Shown here piece after piece: positions 1-9,164 of a stretch of 64,000 nt of DNA. Origin of the DNA: an uncultured Gammaproteobacteria bacterium (GTDB lineage: Bacteria; Patescibacteriota; Patescibacteriia; Magasanikbacterales; UBA922); the NCBI GenBank assembly GCA_964597575.1, contig CAZQXB010000001.1:778892-842891 (forward strand), read 5' to 3'. The stretch's first letter is position 1; each line of letters opens with the position of its first letter. Both the position numbers and the translations under genes were made by a program. The notes beneath the pieces are model-generated. The model was given only the letters and a program-made list of their open reading frames with translations. It was not told the origin of the DNA and searched no databases.

Positions 1-105
1 CGGCCCCTGGCCCATAGAGCGACTCACATCCTACCGAGTCGCTCTTTTCATTTATAAAGACGGATTGACATTTTCCCCTTTTTATGGCATGATATTGGGG
101 CATTT

Positions 106-179
106 GTCAGAGTAGCTCAGTTGGTAAGAGCGGAGCATTCATAACGCTCAGGTCGGGAGTTCGACTCTCCCCTCTGACA
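106..179 (+). tRNA. tRNA-Met (anticodon CAU; could also be a lysidine-modified Ile2 type)
   Basis: 74-nt cloverleaf read by eye. Perfect 7-bp acceptor stem gtcagag/ctctgac. D-arm gctc-agttggtaa-gagc. Anticodon loop ttCATaa. T-arm gggag-ttcgact-ctccc. Discriminator A. CCA not encoded. Confidence 0.8.
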
Positions 180-185
180 CAAAAA

Positions 186-214
186 ATACACCTACAAAAA
201 CAGGTGTATTTTTT
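186..214. terminator. Rho-independent terminator, probably bidirectional (tRNA on +, PBP gene on -)
   Basis: Hairpin tacacct-acaaaaac-aggtgta followed by a T6 run. An A-run on the other side gives a U-tract for the minus strand as well. Confidence 0.6.
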
Positions 215-229
215 ATGAAGAAAATCTCT

Positions 230-2050
230 CTACCTCGTCGGCGGAATCTGTAAGTACTGCAAGGCAAATTTCGCAATATCTCCAAATACCGGAGCCGCGG
301 TCGATGCAGAATACTCAACAGCAGGTTTTTCAAATTTAATAATCATAACAAAAGCAGGGTTTTCTGCTGGAGCAAACCCGACAAACGAGTGATTGTACGC
401 ATTTTCAATATAGCCCCCAGGCCCAGCGATTTGGGCGGTTCCTGTTTTCCCCGCCACCAAATACCCTGGTACTTTTGCTGGGGTACCATGACCTTTGTCG
501 ACCACACTCACAAGCATGCTTTTTAGCAAAGATGCGGCTCGAGAACTCATCACTTGCCGAAGTTCTTGAGGTTGTATTTTTTCTACCTTGCCGCTGCTAT
601 AACGAATTTCTGAAACAATTCGAGGTAAAACCAAATTTCCTCCGTTCGCAATCGCGGCGTACGCACTCACTAATTGAATCGGGGTCACAGTAATCCCCTG
701 TCCGAACGACGCGGTCGCAGTATAGCAGTCAAAATCACGTTTCGGATTTTTATTGAGCGATTCAATATTTCCCGCCACTTCTGTATCAAGAGTAATACCG
801 GTTTTCGTACCAAATCCAAATGTTTCCACATACTGCTTCAAACGCGTTTTTCCGAGCTTTTCTGCTAACCACACCATGCCGGTATTAATAGAATTATCTA
901 ATACGCCAATCATGGTTTGATCTTGATAGGCCTTATTTCCCGCATTTTGAATTGGTTTGTCACATACCCCTTCTCGAATACCCGAATCATAAAAATGAGT
1001 CTCTGGAGTAACTAGCCCTTCGTCGAGTGCCGCGGCCATGGCCACAGGCTTAAACACTGAACCCGGTTCATACGCCGTAAACACGGTATGGTTATTGTAA
1101 CTTGATACCTCGGCCACCTTGCCGTAATTATTAGGATCAAACGCCGGAGTGTTACACATCGCCAAAATATCCCCATTTTGAGGATTCATCATAACAAGAC
1201 TCGCACTTTCTGCTTTATAAAGAATCGCGGCCTTCTTGAGGCGTTCACAGGCCATAAACTGGAGCGTACGATCAAGGGTGAGAACCACATCCGCCCCATC
1301 TTCGACCGCCGTAAACGCTTGTCCGGCAACAGGAATAAGTCGACCGCTCGCGCTCCGTACCCCTTCAACAAACCCACCACTTCCAGCCAGGACCTTATCG
1401 AAATACCCCTCAATGCCATAGCGTCCAATGGCTTCTGCTTTATCGGTTTTTCCGACAAAGCCAACCACGTGCGAAGCAAGCTCGCCTTCTGGGTAGTACC
1501 GCTCTGCGTGTCGCTCAAGTGCAATACCCAAAATCTTTTTATCGGCAATCTTACTCGCGAGAGCATCGTCAATTTTAGGCAAAATCGGCTCGTACGGATC
1601 ATCGGGTTTTGAGAGCGTCACAAAATAGCGAAGTTTTTCTTCATCGTTTGCACCAGTGACCGCAGCAAGTTCCCGAGCTGAAGAATCAGCCATTTCTGGG
1701 GTAGTAATTGCTCGAGTATCGGCAAATACGGTGAACGTATCTTTATTTAATGCCACCGGAAAAATTTCTTTGGAATGACTATTCTGCCAATATACTAATC
1801 CACGCTGCGGGCTCATTTTTGCAACGACGCCTTGAATTTCTTCAGCTTTAGCCAAGTACTCTCCGTGCTCTACCACCATAAGCCAAAACAAGCGGAGTAC
1901 CATTACTACCCCAATACCGGCGAGCACCGTAAAGAGCCAGGTCAAACGGTGTTCATACATCTGTGTTCGTGATCCGAGCATGGTTTTAAATTCTGCGATC
2001 TTTTCCAGTGCGTCGTTCAGCCGTCTCCTTATCGATAAGCCCCTCCTCAA
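230..2050 (-). CDS. Penicillin-binding protein, class B transpeptidase (PBP2/FtsI family)
   Basis: 606-aa ORF with an N-terminal TM helix, SxxK (SVFKP) and KTGT motifs, and a transpeptidase-like C-terminus. The start may instead be the ATG at 1981 (MLGSR), 4 nt after the pilT stop. Confidence 0.85.
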   Translation of the reverse strand: MRRGLSIRRRLNDALEKIAEFKTMLGSRTQMYEHRLTWLFTVLAGIGVVMVLRLFWLMVVEHGEYLAKAEEIQGVVAKMSPQRGLVYWQNSHSKEIFPVALNKDTFTVFADTRAITTPEMADSSARELAAVTGANDEEKLRYFVTLSKPDDPYEPILPKIDDALASKIADKKILGIALERHAERYYPEGELASHVVGFVGKTDKAEAIGRYGIEGYFDKVLAGSGGFVEGVRSASGRLIPVAGQAFTAVEDGADVVLTLDRTLQFMACERLKKAAILYKAESASLVMMNPQNGDILAMCNTPAFDPNNYGKVAEVSSYNNHTVFTAYEPGSVFKPVAMAAALDEGLVTPETHFYDSGIREGVCDKPIQNAGNKAYQDQTMIGVLDNSINTGMVWLAEKLGKTRLKQYVETFGFGTKTGITLDTEVAGNIESLNKNPKRDFDCYTATASFGQGITVTPIQLVSAYAAIANGGNLVLPRIVSEIRYSSGKVEKIQPQELRQVMSSRAASLLKSMLVSVVDKGHGTPAKVPGYLVAGKTGTAQIAGPGGYIENAYNHSFVGFAPAENPAFVMIIKFEKPAVEYSASTAAPVFGDIAKFALQYLQIPPTR

Positions 2051-3056
2051 CCAAATCTTTCAGCGCATTTTCCATGGTTTGCATACTATCTTTGCCTCCG
2101 GTTTGAATGGCGCTCCGAATTTGCGCAATATTATTTTCTTTAATTAAGTTGGCAATCGCCGGGGTATTCACTAAAATTTCTCGGGCCGCAATTCTTCCGC
2201 CACCTGTTTTTGGTACTAACTGCTGAGCCACAATACCTCGAAGTACTGACCCAAGCTGAATAAGAATCTGTTTTTGCTTTGGACCGTCAAACACATCCAC
2301 AATACGCTCAACTGCTTCAGCAGCACTTGAAGTATGAAGCGTCGAAAACACCAAATGGCCAGTTTCTGCAGCTGTAAGCACCGTTGCGATGGTTTCTGGA
2401 TCACGCATTTCCCCTACCAAAATAACATTCGGATCTTGACGTAAAACATGTTTCAGTGCCGCGGCAAAAGATTTTGTATCAACTCCGATTTCGCGCTGTT
2501 CAATCAAACTTTGTTTCTCCTCGAAAACAAACTCTACTGGATCTTCAATGGTAATAATATGGGAACGGCGTGTTTTATTTATTTCTTCTACCATGGCGGC
2601 AAGGGTCGTGGATTTTCCGTGTCCGGTGGGGCCGACCACAAGCACGAGCCCATCCATGAGAGACATGAAATTTTTAAGGGCTGGTTCAAAACGAAGCGTT
2701 TCAATATCAGGAATTTTGGGAGGAATCAAACGAGCCGCAAGCCCAATCTTTCCTTCCTGCTGATGCACATTCACACGAAAACGCGCCCCATCTACTTCGT
2801 AGCTGAAATCGAGTTCAAGATCCTCTTCGTACCGCTTTTTTTGTTCACTCGTGAGAAGCTCAAAAATTCCCGCCTCCAATTCCTTTGGATCAAGCACGGT
2901 ATCGTTGACATCCTGAAGCTCTCCATCGACTCGAATAAGTGGTTTTTCCGCGGCGACCAAATGAATATCCGACGCTTTTGCGTCAATGGCAGATTGAAAA
3001 AAGGTATTCAGGGTTTTCATAAAAAATACAGGTATTTCTATAGCGTATTTTACCAC
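1986..3056 (-). CDS. pilT: Type IV pilus retraction ATPase PilT
   Basis: 356-aa ORF with Walker A GPTGHGKST and PilT-like conserved blocks (e.g. VLRQDPNVILVGEMRD). The likely GTG start at 3056 is preceded by an AGGGGG Shine-Dalgarno. An alternative ATG lies at 3020. Confidence 0.85.
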   Translation of the reverse strand: MVKYAIEIPVFFMKTLNTFFQSAIDAKASDIHLVAAEKPLIRVDGELQDVNDTVLDPKELEAGIFELLTSEQKKRYEEDLELDFSYEVDGARFRVNVHQQEGKIGLAARLIPPKIPDIETLRFEPALKNFMSLMDGLVLVVGPTGHGKSTTLAAMVEEINKTRRSHIITIEDPVEFVFEEKQSLIEQREIGVDTKSFAAALKHVLRQDPNVILVGEMRDPETIATVLTAAETGHLVFSTLHTSSAAEAVERIVDVFDGPKQKQILIQLGSVLRGIVAQQLVPKTGGGRIAAREILVNTPAIANLIKENNIAQIRSAIQTGGKDSMQTMENALKDLVEEGLIDKETAERRTGKDRRI

Positions 3057-3103
3057 ACCCTAACCCCCTGTGCTATACTACGCGTAATCACTGATTCCCC
3101 TTT

Positions 3104-3502
3104 ATGAACATATCAAAAACCCTAGCCAAGGAAATAGCTCTCTATATTGTGGTTGGGGTAGGCGGCGTACTGGTTGATGCCTTCACATTTTGGTTGGCCC
3201 TTCGTTTCGGTGCACCGACCATTTTTGCTCAGTGGCTAGCGGCCTTTGCTGGCTCCACCCACAACTTTATATGGCATTACAAGCTGGTCTTTACGCATAA
3301 CCAAAGCATGGGAAAAACCTACATCTACTCAACAGTGATGACCGGGCTCATTGTGATTCTCTCGGGGCCACTCCTTCTGTTTGTCCAATCGATCTTAGAA
3401 AATATTTGGATTAGTAAAATTGTTGTGATTGCAACCACAGCTCTTTTTGCCTACCTCATACGAAAACTATATATCTTCCGCCAAACGTATCCGATAACTT
3501 AG
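3104..3502 (+). CDS. GtrA family membrane protein (polyprenyl-phosphate-sugar flippase-associated)
   Basis: 132 aa with 4 TM helices and a GtrA-like pattern. It sits in a glycosylation locus. Confidence 0.6.
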   Translation: MNISKTLAKEIALYIVVGVGGVLVDAFTFWLALRFGAPTIFAQWLAAFAGSTHNFIWHYKLVFTHNQSMGKTYIYSTVMTGLIVILSGPLLLFVQSILENIWISKIVVIATTALFAYLIRKLYIFRQTYPIT

Positions 3503-3506
3503 GGTA

Positions 3507-3839
3507 TCATTTTTGTCGCTTTTTTGCAGCTTCAATTTCTTCTTTGAGAACTTCCCACTGTCGAGTAAGAAGGCTTGTCAAAAACTTTTCCACATTTTTC
3601 GCAAGATGGTGCTTTTTGGTATATTCTTTGACCATTTGTTTTACCAAACGAACATACTGATGGCGTGTAAACTGTTTCCAGGTGGGAGACGCGAGTACTG
3701 TTTTTTTCATGTCTAAAAAGAGAGTTGCAGCCTCCCCTTCCATTTTTTCTTTCGCAGCTCTTCCTTTTGTGGTGGTAAACAACCACATGATTGCCGCTCC
3801 GAGAAGACCTCCGACCACGAATTTCTGAGAATGTTTCAT
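3507..3839 (-). CDS. Hypothetical small membrane-anchored protein (YtxH-like?)
   Basis: 110 aa with a Gly-rich N-terminal TM segment (VVGGLLGAAIMWLF) and a charged helical tail. Confidence 0.4.
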   Translation of the reverse strand: MKHSQKFVVGGLLGAAIMWLFTTTKGRAAKEKMEGEAATLFLDMKKTVLASPTWKQFTRHQYVRLVKQMVKEYTKKHHLAKNVEKFLTSLLTRQWEVLKEEIEAAKKRQK

Positions 3840-3862
3840 AGAGAGAGGTTAGTGAATATCTC

Positions 3863-5020
3863 TTAGTATACCTTAGGTGCGTGTCTCTCGGCAACGCGTT
3901 GGTAAAGATCCATAAGAGTGTCCGCAATCCTATCCCATGAGTACAGAGCCACAGTATCTTCGCGCAGCTGTGTTTGGTCTTTAAGACTCCAAGGCGTAAC
4001 CAATTGATCCTGGAGAGCCTGAGCGAGGAGAGCTGGGTTTCCCGGGGGAACGACTCGTCCATGGCCTTTTTTGGCAACCGTACGAAGCCCTGGGAGGTCA
4101 GAGGCAACAACGGGCACACCACTTGCCATCGCCTCAAGAAGTACAAGGCCAAAAGCCTCACCTCGTGTAACGGAAGGAAGCGTAAACACATCGGCGAGGT
4201 TATACATATAAGGAAGTTCGTCGTCAGAGACCCGACCGGTGAAATGGGTAACATCTTCAATATGAAGGGTAGATGCTTCTTTTTCATAGGCAACTCGGTG
4301 CGAGCCATCACCCACTAAAAGCAATTGCACCCGCTCTCCCCGCTTTTTGAGAATAGAAATGGCCTGCAGCAAAATAGGAATACCCTTAAAAGCATGCGCT
4401 TCATCCATCCCCCCAACAAACAAAATCGTTTTGAAATCTTTTCGTAAACCGAAGCGATCGATAAGTATTTGTTTTTTTGGTCGGATAGAAAAGCGGAGAG
4501 GGTCAACCCCAAAAGGAATCTCGTGCCAGATATGGGGGTAGCGTGCGAAATGGCGAGTGGCACTTGTAGTTTGCATATAGTCAAATGTACTCGCGATGCA
4601 GGCGTCGGCCGCACGCAAAAGACGAGGAAGAACTACAGCCTGAGAAAGACGAAAAATCATACCAAGAAACCCGTGAGTGACAGGCTCCATATGGTAACTG
4701 AGCACCAAAGGAATGTTCGGATGAAGTGTTTTAAACGAAGCGATCATTTCATGAGCACCAAAAAAGGGATAGTGAAAATGAACAAGCTCAGCGCCTTCAA
4801 GCGCCTTAAAAAGCCCAGGAGTGAAGGCTCCATTGCCGTATGAAGCAAGGGTCGGGAGTCGAACGACGGTAGGGTCTGGTGGTATATTTTTCTTGTATCG
4901 CGGAGTAACCGCAATAACATCATGCCCACGAGCTCGGAGCGCTTGGCACATTTCAAAAGCCACCTGGCCCATGCCGGCCTTATATGGCGGATATACACAG
5001 ACCACGTGGACTACACGCAT
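3863..5020 (-). CDS. Glycosyltransferase family 4
   Basis: 385 aa with a GT-B fold signature. The E-x7-E region is present (LEAMASGVPVVASD). Confidence 0.8.
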   Translation of the reverse strand: MRVVHVVCVYPPYKAGMGQVAFEMCQALRARGHDVIAVTPRYKKNIPPDPTVVRLPTLASYGNGAFTPGLFKALEGAELVHFHYPFFGAHEMIASFKTLHPNIPLVLSYHMEPVTHGFLGMIFRLSQAVVLPRLLRAADACIASTFDYMQTTSATRHFARYPHIWHEIPFGVDPLRFSIRPKKQILIDRFGLRKDFKTILFVGGMDEAHAFKGIPILLQAISILKKRGERVQLLLVGDGSHRVAYEKEASTLHIEDVTHFTGRVSDDELPYMYNLADVFTLPSVTRGEAFGLVLLEAMASGVPVVASDLPGLRTVAKKGHGRVVPPGNPALLAQALQDQLVTPWSLKDQTQLREDTVALYSWDRIADTLMDLYQRVAERHAPKVY

Positions 5021-5023
5021 ACA

Positions 5024-5359
5024 CTATTTTTTAGAAATGTCTCGCAAAGCAAGTTCGCGGACAAGGGAGGTGAGCTGGCGCTCGAGTCGATCAAAATGAA
5101 CTTCAGCTCGAAATAAGAGTGCAAAAATGAGAGTAATGGCAGCGTACACAACGAGGTCAGCTCCACGGCCAATACCGAAAGTTTCGGCGACTCGAGAAGC
5201 ACTCTCAGGCCACAATGTTACAAGTGTTGCTAAACACCAAAAACAAAGCCATAAAAGAAGCGCTCGCGCGGACCATGACTTTCGAATTTTCAAATACACT
5301 CCCCCAATTGACGCAAGCACTGCCACCCCTAAAAATACCCACTGAAAAGTAATAAGCAT
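5024..5359 (-). CDS. DUF2304 family membrane protein
   Basis: 111 aa with 3 TM helices and a C-terminal coiled segment (RLERQLTSLVRELALR). This is a typical companion of GT2 genes. Confidence 0.6.
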   Translation of the reverse strand: MLITFQWVFLGVAVLASIGGVYLKIRKSWSARALLLWLCFWCLATLVTLWPESASRVAETFGIGRGADLVVYAAITLIFALLFRAEVHFDRLERQLTSLVRELALRDISKK

Positions 5360-5361
5360 AT

Positions 5362-6021
5362 TTATGAAGAAAAACGACCAAAAAATAAATCGCGCAATAC
5401 TTTAAACCCTTGGAAAAACCGCTGACCATACCGGTGATACGTCACATGAATGGGCAACTCTCCATATCGCAAATGTGCCCGACCAACCAGTACCGGTATT
5501 TCGCTTGCATGAGCCATTCGATCTTGAGTGATACGAAGTTGTGGCAAGGCAGTACCGCGAATAACCCGAAACCCACAATGACTATCTGACAGAGTGATGC
5601 CACCGAGAACATGATTGATTAATTTAGCTCCAGGCCAAATAACAAAGCGTTTCATGGCTGGAAGTTTATACTCGGCAGAATGGATTCGCTTGCCAATAAC
5701 AATATCAAGTTTTTTTTCTTCAAGAAGGTGAATTCCTCGGGCCACATCTTCTACGTCAAACTGGTCATCCCCATCGAAATGAACAACTACCTCTGCTTGA
5801 ACTATTTTGGCATACTCGTGGCCCGTTTGAAGCGCTGCACCCTGACCTCGATTAATCACATGGCGCAAAACCACAGCCCCGGCTTCAGTCGCCGCTTTAT
5901 GTGTTTCATCAACCGACCCATCATCAACTACGACTATTTGGTCTACATACGAAGAAAGGTTCCGCACAACGGAACCAATTTTCTTCTCTTCATTCAGCGC
6001 AGGAACTATTGCGAGACGCAT
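5362..6021 (-). CDS. Glycosyltransferase family 2 (polyprenol-phosphate sugar synthase-like, Dpm1/GtrB type)
   Basis: 219 aa with a GT-A N-terminus (VPALNEEKKI, VVVDDGSVDET) and a DxD-like region. Confidence 0.8.
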   Translation of the reverse strand: MRLAIVPALNEEKKIGSVVRNLSSYVDQIVVVDDGSVDETHKAATEAGAVVLRHVINRGQGAALQTGHEYAKIVQAEVVVHFDGDDQFDVEDVARGIHLLEEKKLDIVIGKRIHSAEYKLPAMKRFVIWPGAKLINHVLGGITLSDSHCGFRVIRGTALPQLRITQDRMAHASEIPVLVGRAHLRYGELPIHVTYHRYGQRFFQGFKVLRDLFFGRFSS

Positions 6022-6044
6022 ACGAAAAACACAGAAGGGGCGCC

Positions 6045-7064
6045 TTAAAAGGCCATAAATTCCTTATTAGCAATAGCATAATCAATAGTTTGACGCAAGC
6101 CATCTTCAAGACGAACGAGTGGTAACCAACCAAGGGCTTCTTTGGCGCGACGAAGGTCAGGAACGCCTTTTTTACTCATGTACGCAAGCGGGGTATCAAA
6201 CACTACCCGGGAGCGAGATTTCGTCATGGCCAAAATAAGTTCAGCCACATCGGTCATACGATAAATTTGATCTGCTCCCAAATTCACAATGTGCGTTTCT
6301 GGAGCAGTACGCATCAGACGAATCATGCCATCAACCACATCAGACACATAGCAGAGAGATTGCGACAATTCTCGATCACCATAAATAATCACGTCTTTCC
6401 CTTCGAGCGCGTTCACAATAAAATCGGGAATGAGCAAGCCATCACGCAAACGCATGCGCGGTCCGTAGGTAGGAAAAACACGCGCAATTTTAGCATCCAC
6501 TCCATGAACCTGCCGATACGTTTCAACACAGGTTTCGCCAAACCGCTTTCCCTCATCATAGCATGCACGGCTCGAAAGATGGTCAACTTTCCCCTCATCA
6601 GTTTCAGCGAACATGAAATGATCTCGAGTGGGTTCTCCGTAAATAACTGAACTTGAAGAAAAAACGTATTTAGCACGATGTTCGCGTGCGAGTTCGAGTG
6701 TCATCATCACCCCAATGGAATTCGCAGCCAGTGATTGGAGCTTGTGCGATTCAAAGTTTTTTGGACTTGTCGGGCAAGCCAAATGGTAAATTTCTTGAAC
6801 ACCCTGGTACTTCACATGAAATTTATCGAGTTCGGGAAACTGCGTTAAATCAATGGGTTTAGTGACATCGTACTTAATAAATTCAAAATCGGGATACTGA
6901 AGCAAGTGTTCAATATTTTGAATACCAGAATTGGACAAATCATCAATACAAATCACTTTCGCGTCACGAAGTAATCGCTCGGAAAGGTGCGACCCCAAAA
7001 ATCCGGCACCGCCGGTAACAATCACATTCTTTTTTTCAAAGACTCCGGTATTTTTTTCAAACAT
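6045..7064 (-). CDS. UDP-glucuronate decarboxylase-like NAD-dependent epimerase/dehydratase (UXS family)
   Basis: 339 aa with the GGAGFLGSH Rossmann motif and RACYDEGKR characteristic of UXS enzymes. Confidence 0.8.
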   Translation of the reverse strand: MFEKNTGVFEKKNVIVTGGAGFLGSHLSERLLRDAKVICIDDLSNSGIQNIEHLLQYPDFEFIKYDVTKPIDLTQFPELDKFHVKYQGVQEIYHLACPTSPKNFESHKLQSLAANSIGVMMTLELAREHRAKYVFSSSSVIYGEPTRDHFMFAETDEGKVDHLSSRACYDEGKRFGETCVETYRQVHGVDAKIARVFPTYGPRMRLRDGLLIPDFIVNALEGKDVIIYGDRELSQSLCYVSDVVDGMIRLMRTAPETHIVNLGADQIYRMTDVAELILAMTKSRSRVVFDTPLAYMSKKGVPDLRRAKEALGWLPLVRLEDGLRQTIDYAIANKEFMAF

Positions 7065-7115
7065 ACTTCTTTTTTAGTATACCACACCAAGTAACGAGAA
7101 GGATACTATCTTTTG

Positions 7116-9152
7116 TTACAAAAGGGGTTCAGTAAACATCTCGAGCCGACTGTTGGGTGGAAGATCAGGGAATTCCCACATCTCAAGCAGCCGTGGACGG
7201 TCATCAAAAACACGAATCGTTTTTCCATTATCCGTTCGTTTTACCACGACCTCAAGATACCGATCGCCGTATAAATCCGCCAAAAGAACTTGGGTCGTAC
7301 TTTTCGCACCCCCTTCTCCTATCGGAAATGCTCGAAGTTCGACTCCTTCATAGGTAAGGTAAGAAACCATTGGACCACTGCCCTGATTATGACCAACCAC
7401 AATTTCAAGGGCATCATCTCCAGTAATATTTCCAATAGCTAAGCTCGTTGGCATACGTACTTTTGGAAGTGAGACTGTATGCTGAACTGATCCATTCGAT
7501 GCAAACAACCGAAGCACGACAGCTCCCTTCGCATCGGCCATGACCGCGGCTACTTCACCTAAAGATGCACTCGGATTGCGTACAATGGTCAGAGCTTTAA
7601 GTGCCTGCCCTGGAGAAGCCGGCACCGTAAGACGCTTTACCCCAAAGAGTGAAAACACTTCGTACCACGTTGACGCATTAGGGACATACACCACAATTTC
7701 AGGAGCATCGGTTCGAGTAACGAAGCCAACAGCCATCTTCGCGTTCGCCGGAGCCGCAATTCTTTTATCACTCACAAGCGTAAAATCACTGGTGTACAAC
7801 CGCAAACGAGCATTCTTAGAATCGACACGTGAAAGCGAAATGTAGGCTAAGTCACCACGAAAAAAGATGGTTTCAACTTGAGTAGCATCCGCAAAAACTT
7901 CTATTTTTTTCTCCTCTCCTAATGAGGAGTTTTTCGCATGTACTTCAAAAGATGACTGGCCTGTGCGCCAAATAGCGAGAGCTCGTGGAATAAACGCGGT
8001 TCGAGTGAGTGCTGCTTTCTCTACCGCCCCAAAGGCTTGAACTAACCCTCGTCCAAAAAGAGCAGCATACTCATCTTCATTTTTCGGCGTCGTTTTAGAG
8101 ACGCTTTCAAATAACGCGGTATACAATTCTTTTGCTTGCCACTCTGGCTGAACACTTTTCACAAGCGCCAAAATTCCGCTTACGAATGGAGCAGCATACG
8201 ACGTTCCACGTTTGCCTGTGGCATAAGCCTCTACAAAACCAACGGCCGGATCATTCGCAATCGTACTCGCAATATCGACACCCGGGGCAGTTACATCAAT
8301 ACAACTTGAACCGCTATTCGAAAACTGAGCAAACATACGCCCTTCGCGAATCGCACTTACCCCAACCACTGTCTGCGCATTTTGAAGAGCGTCCGCACAG
8401 ACTGGATACTGTGGAGTTGTGTTCAGATCAAACAAGCTATTTCCTGCAGCGGCCACCATTGCTACTCCGTGAAAAGCAGCGTACTCAACCGCTGAACGAA
8501 GTTCGGTATCGTACGCACTTCCTACCAAACTTACATTAATAATGTCAGCTCCATTATCAACGGCATATCGAATCGCCTTTCCAAGAACAAAGCTCTCTGA
8601 AACCCCAGTTTCATCAACAACACGCACGCTCATAAGCTTCACGCGCCAATTGATGCCACGACCATGGATTCCATTGTCTCCGCGAGCGCCAATAATTCCG
8701 GCGACAATAGTTGCGTGACTAATATTTTCATGTTCTTCCGCTGAAAGATTCGTTCGAAGGCGCGGGCGCACATTGGGGTTCCCCCCTACCTCATCTGGCC
8801 CAATTTCTCCATCCCCATTCAAATCATCTGGAATAAAATTCCATCCGTACACATCATCAACATACCCATTTCGGTCATCATCAAGACCATTTTGAGCAAT
8901 CTCCCGACGGTTCGTCCAAATATTCTGAACTAAATCTGGGTGATCAATATCAATACCGTTATCAATAACAGCAACCACAGTATCGTCTGAACCCGTCGTA
9001 ATCTCCCATGCCTCAGGGACACGAAGTAACTCATACGCCCAGCGCAAGGGCTCTGGATCATTTGAAACTTTCGCATGTACTAGCCCTGGAAAACCCAAAA
9101 AAAGAATAAGCAAAAGAAGAAAGGGACGCACCAAAGAAAGACGTCTGCACAT
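7116..9152 (-). CDS. Secreted S8 family serine peptidase (subtilase) with a C-terminal FG-GAP-like repeat region
   Basis: 678 aa with a signal peptide. Catalytic Asp (VIDNGID), His (HATIVAG) and Ser (GTSYAAP) regions are present. The C-terminus carries repeats ending in EIVV. Confidence 0.85.
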   Translation of the reverse strand: MCRRLSLVRPFLLLLILFLGFPGLVHAKVSNDPEPLRWAYELLRVPEAWEITTGSDDTVVAVIDNGIDIDHPDLVQNIWTNRREIAQNGLDDDRNGYVDDVYGWNFIPDDLNGDGEIGPDEVGGNPNVRPRLRTNLSAEEHENISHATIVAGIIGARGDNGIHGRGINWRVKLMSVRVVDETGVSESFVLGKAIRYAVDNGADIINVSLVGSAYDTELRSAVEYAAFHGVAMVAAAGNSLFDLNTTPQYPVCADALQNAQTVVGVSAIREGRMFAQFSNSGSSCIDVTAPGVDIASTIANDPAVGFVEAYATGKRGTSYAAPFVSGILALVKSVQPEWQAKELYTALFESVSKTTPKNEDEYAALFGRGLVQAFGAVEKAALTRTAFIPRALAIWRTGQSSFEVHAKNSSLGEEKKIEVFADATQVETIFFRGDLAYISLSRVDSKNARLRLYTSDFTLVSDKRIAAPANAKMAVGFVTRTDAPEIVVYVPNASTWYEVFSLFGVKRLTVPASPGQALKALTIVRNPSASLGEVAAVMADAKGAVVLRLFASNGSVQHTVSLPKVRMPTSLAIGNITGDDALEIVVGHNQGSGPMVSYLTYEGVELRAFPIGEGGAKSTTQVLLADLYGDRYLEVVVKRTDNGKTIRVFDDRPRLLEMWEFPDLPPNSRLEMFTEPLL

Positions 9153-9164
9153 AAAGGAAACGCT

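Noticed and set aside
148-333. 61-aa ORF on the minus strand overlapping the tRNA and terminator
   Set aside because: It overlaps a well-formed tRNA-Met and a terminator hairpin. It has no start context and is a chance ORF.
3532-4311. 259-aa ORF overlapping the GT4 gene at 3863-5020 in another frame
   Set aside because: It is embedded in a gene with a clear GT4 signature. Its amino-acid composition looks like out-of-frame translation.
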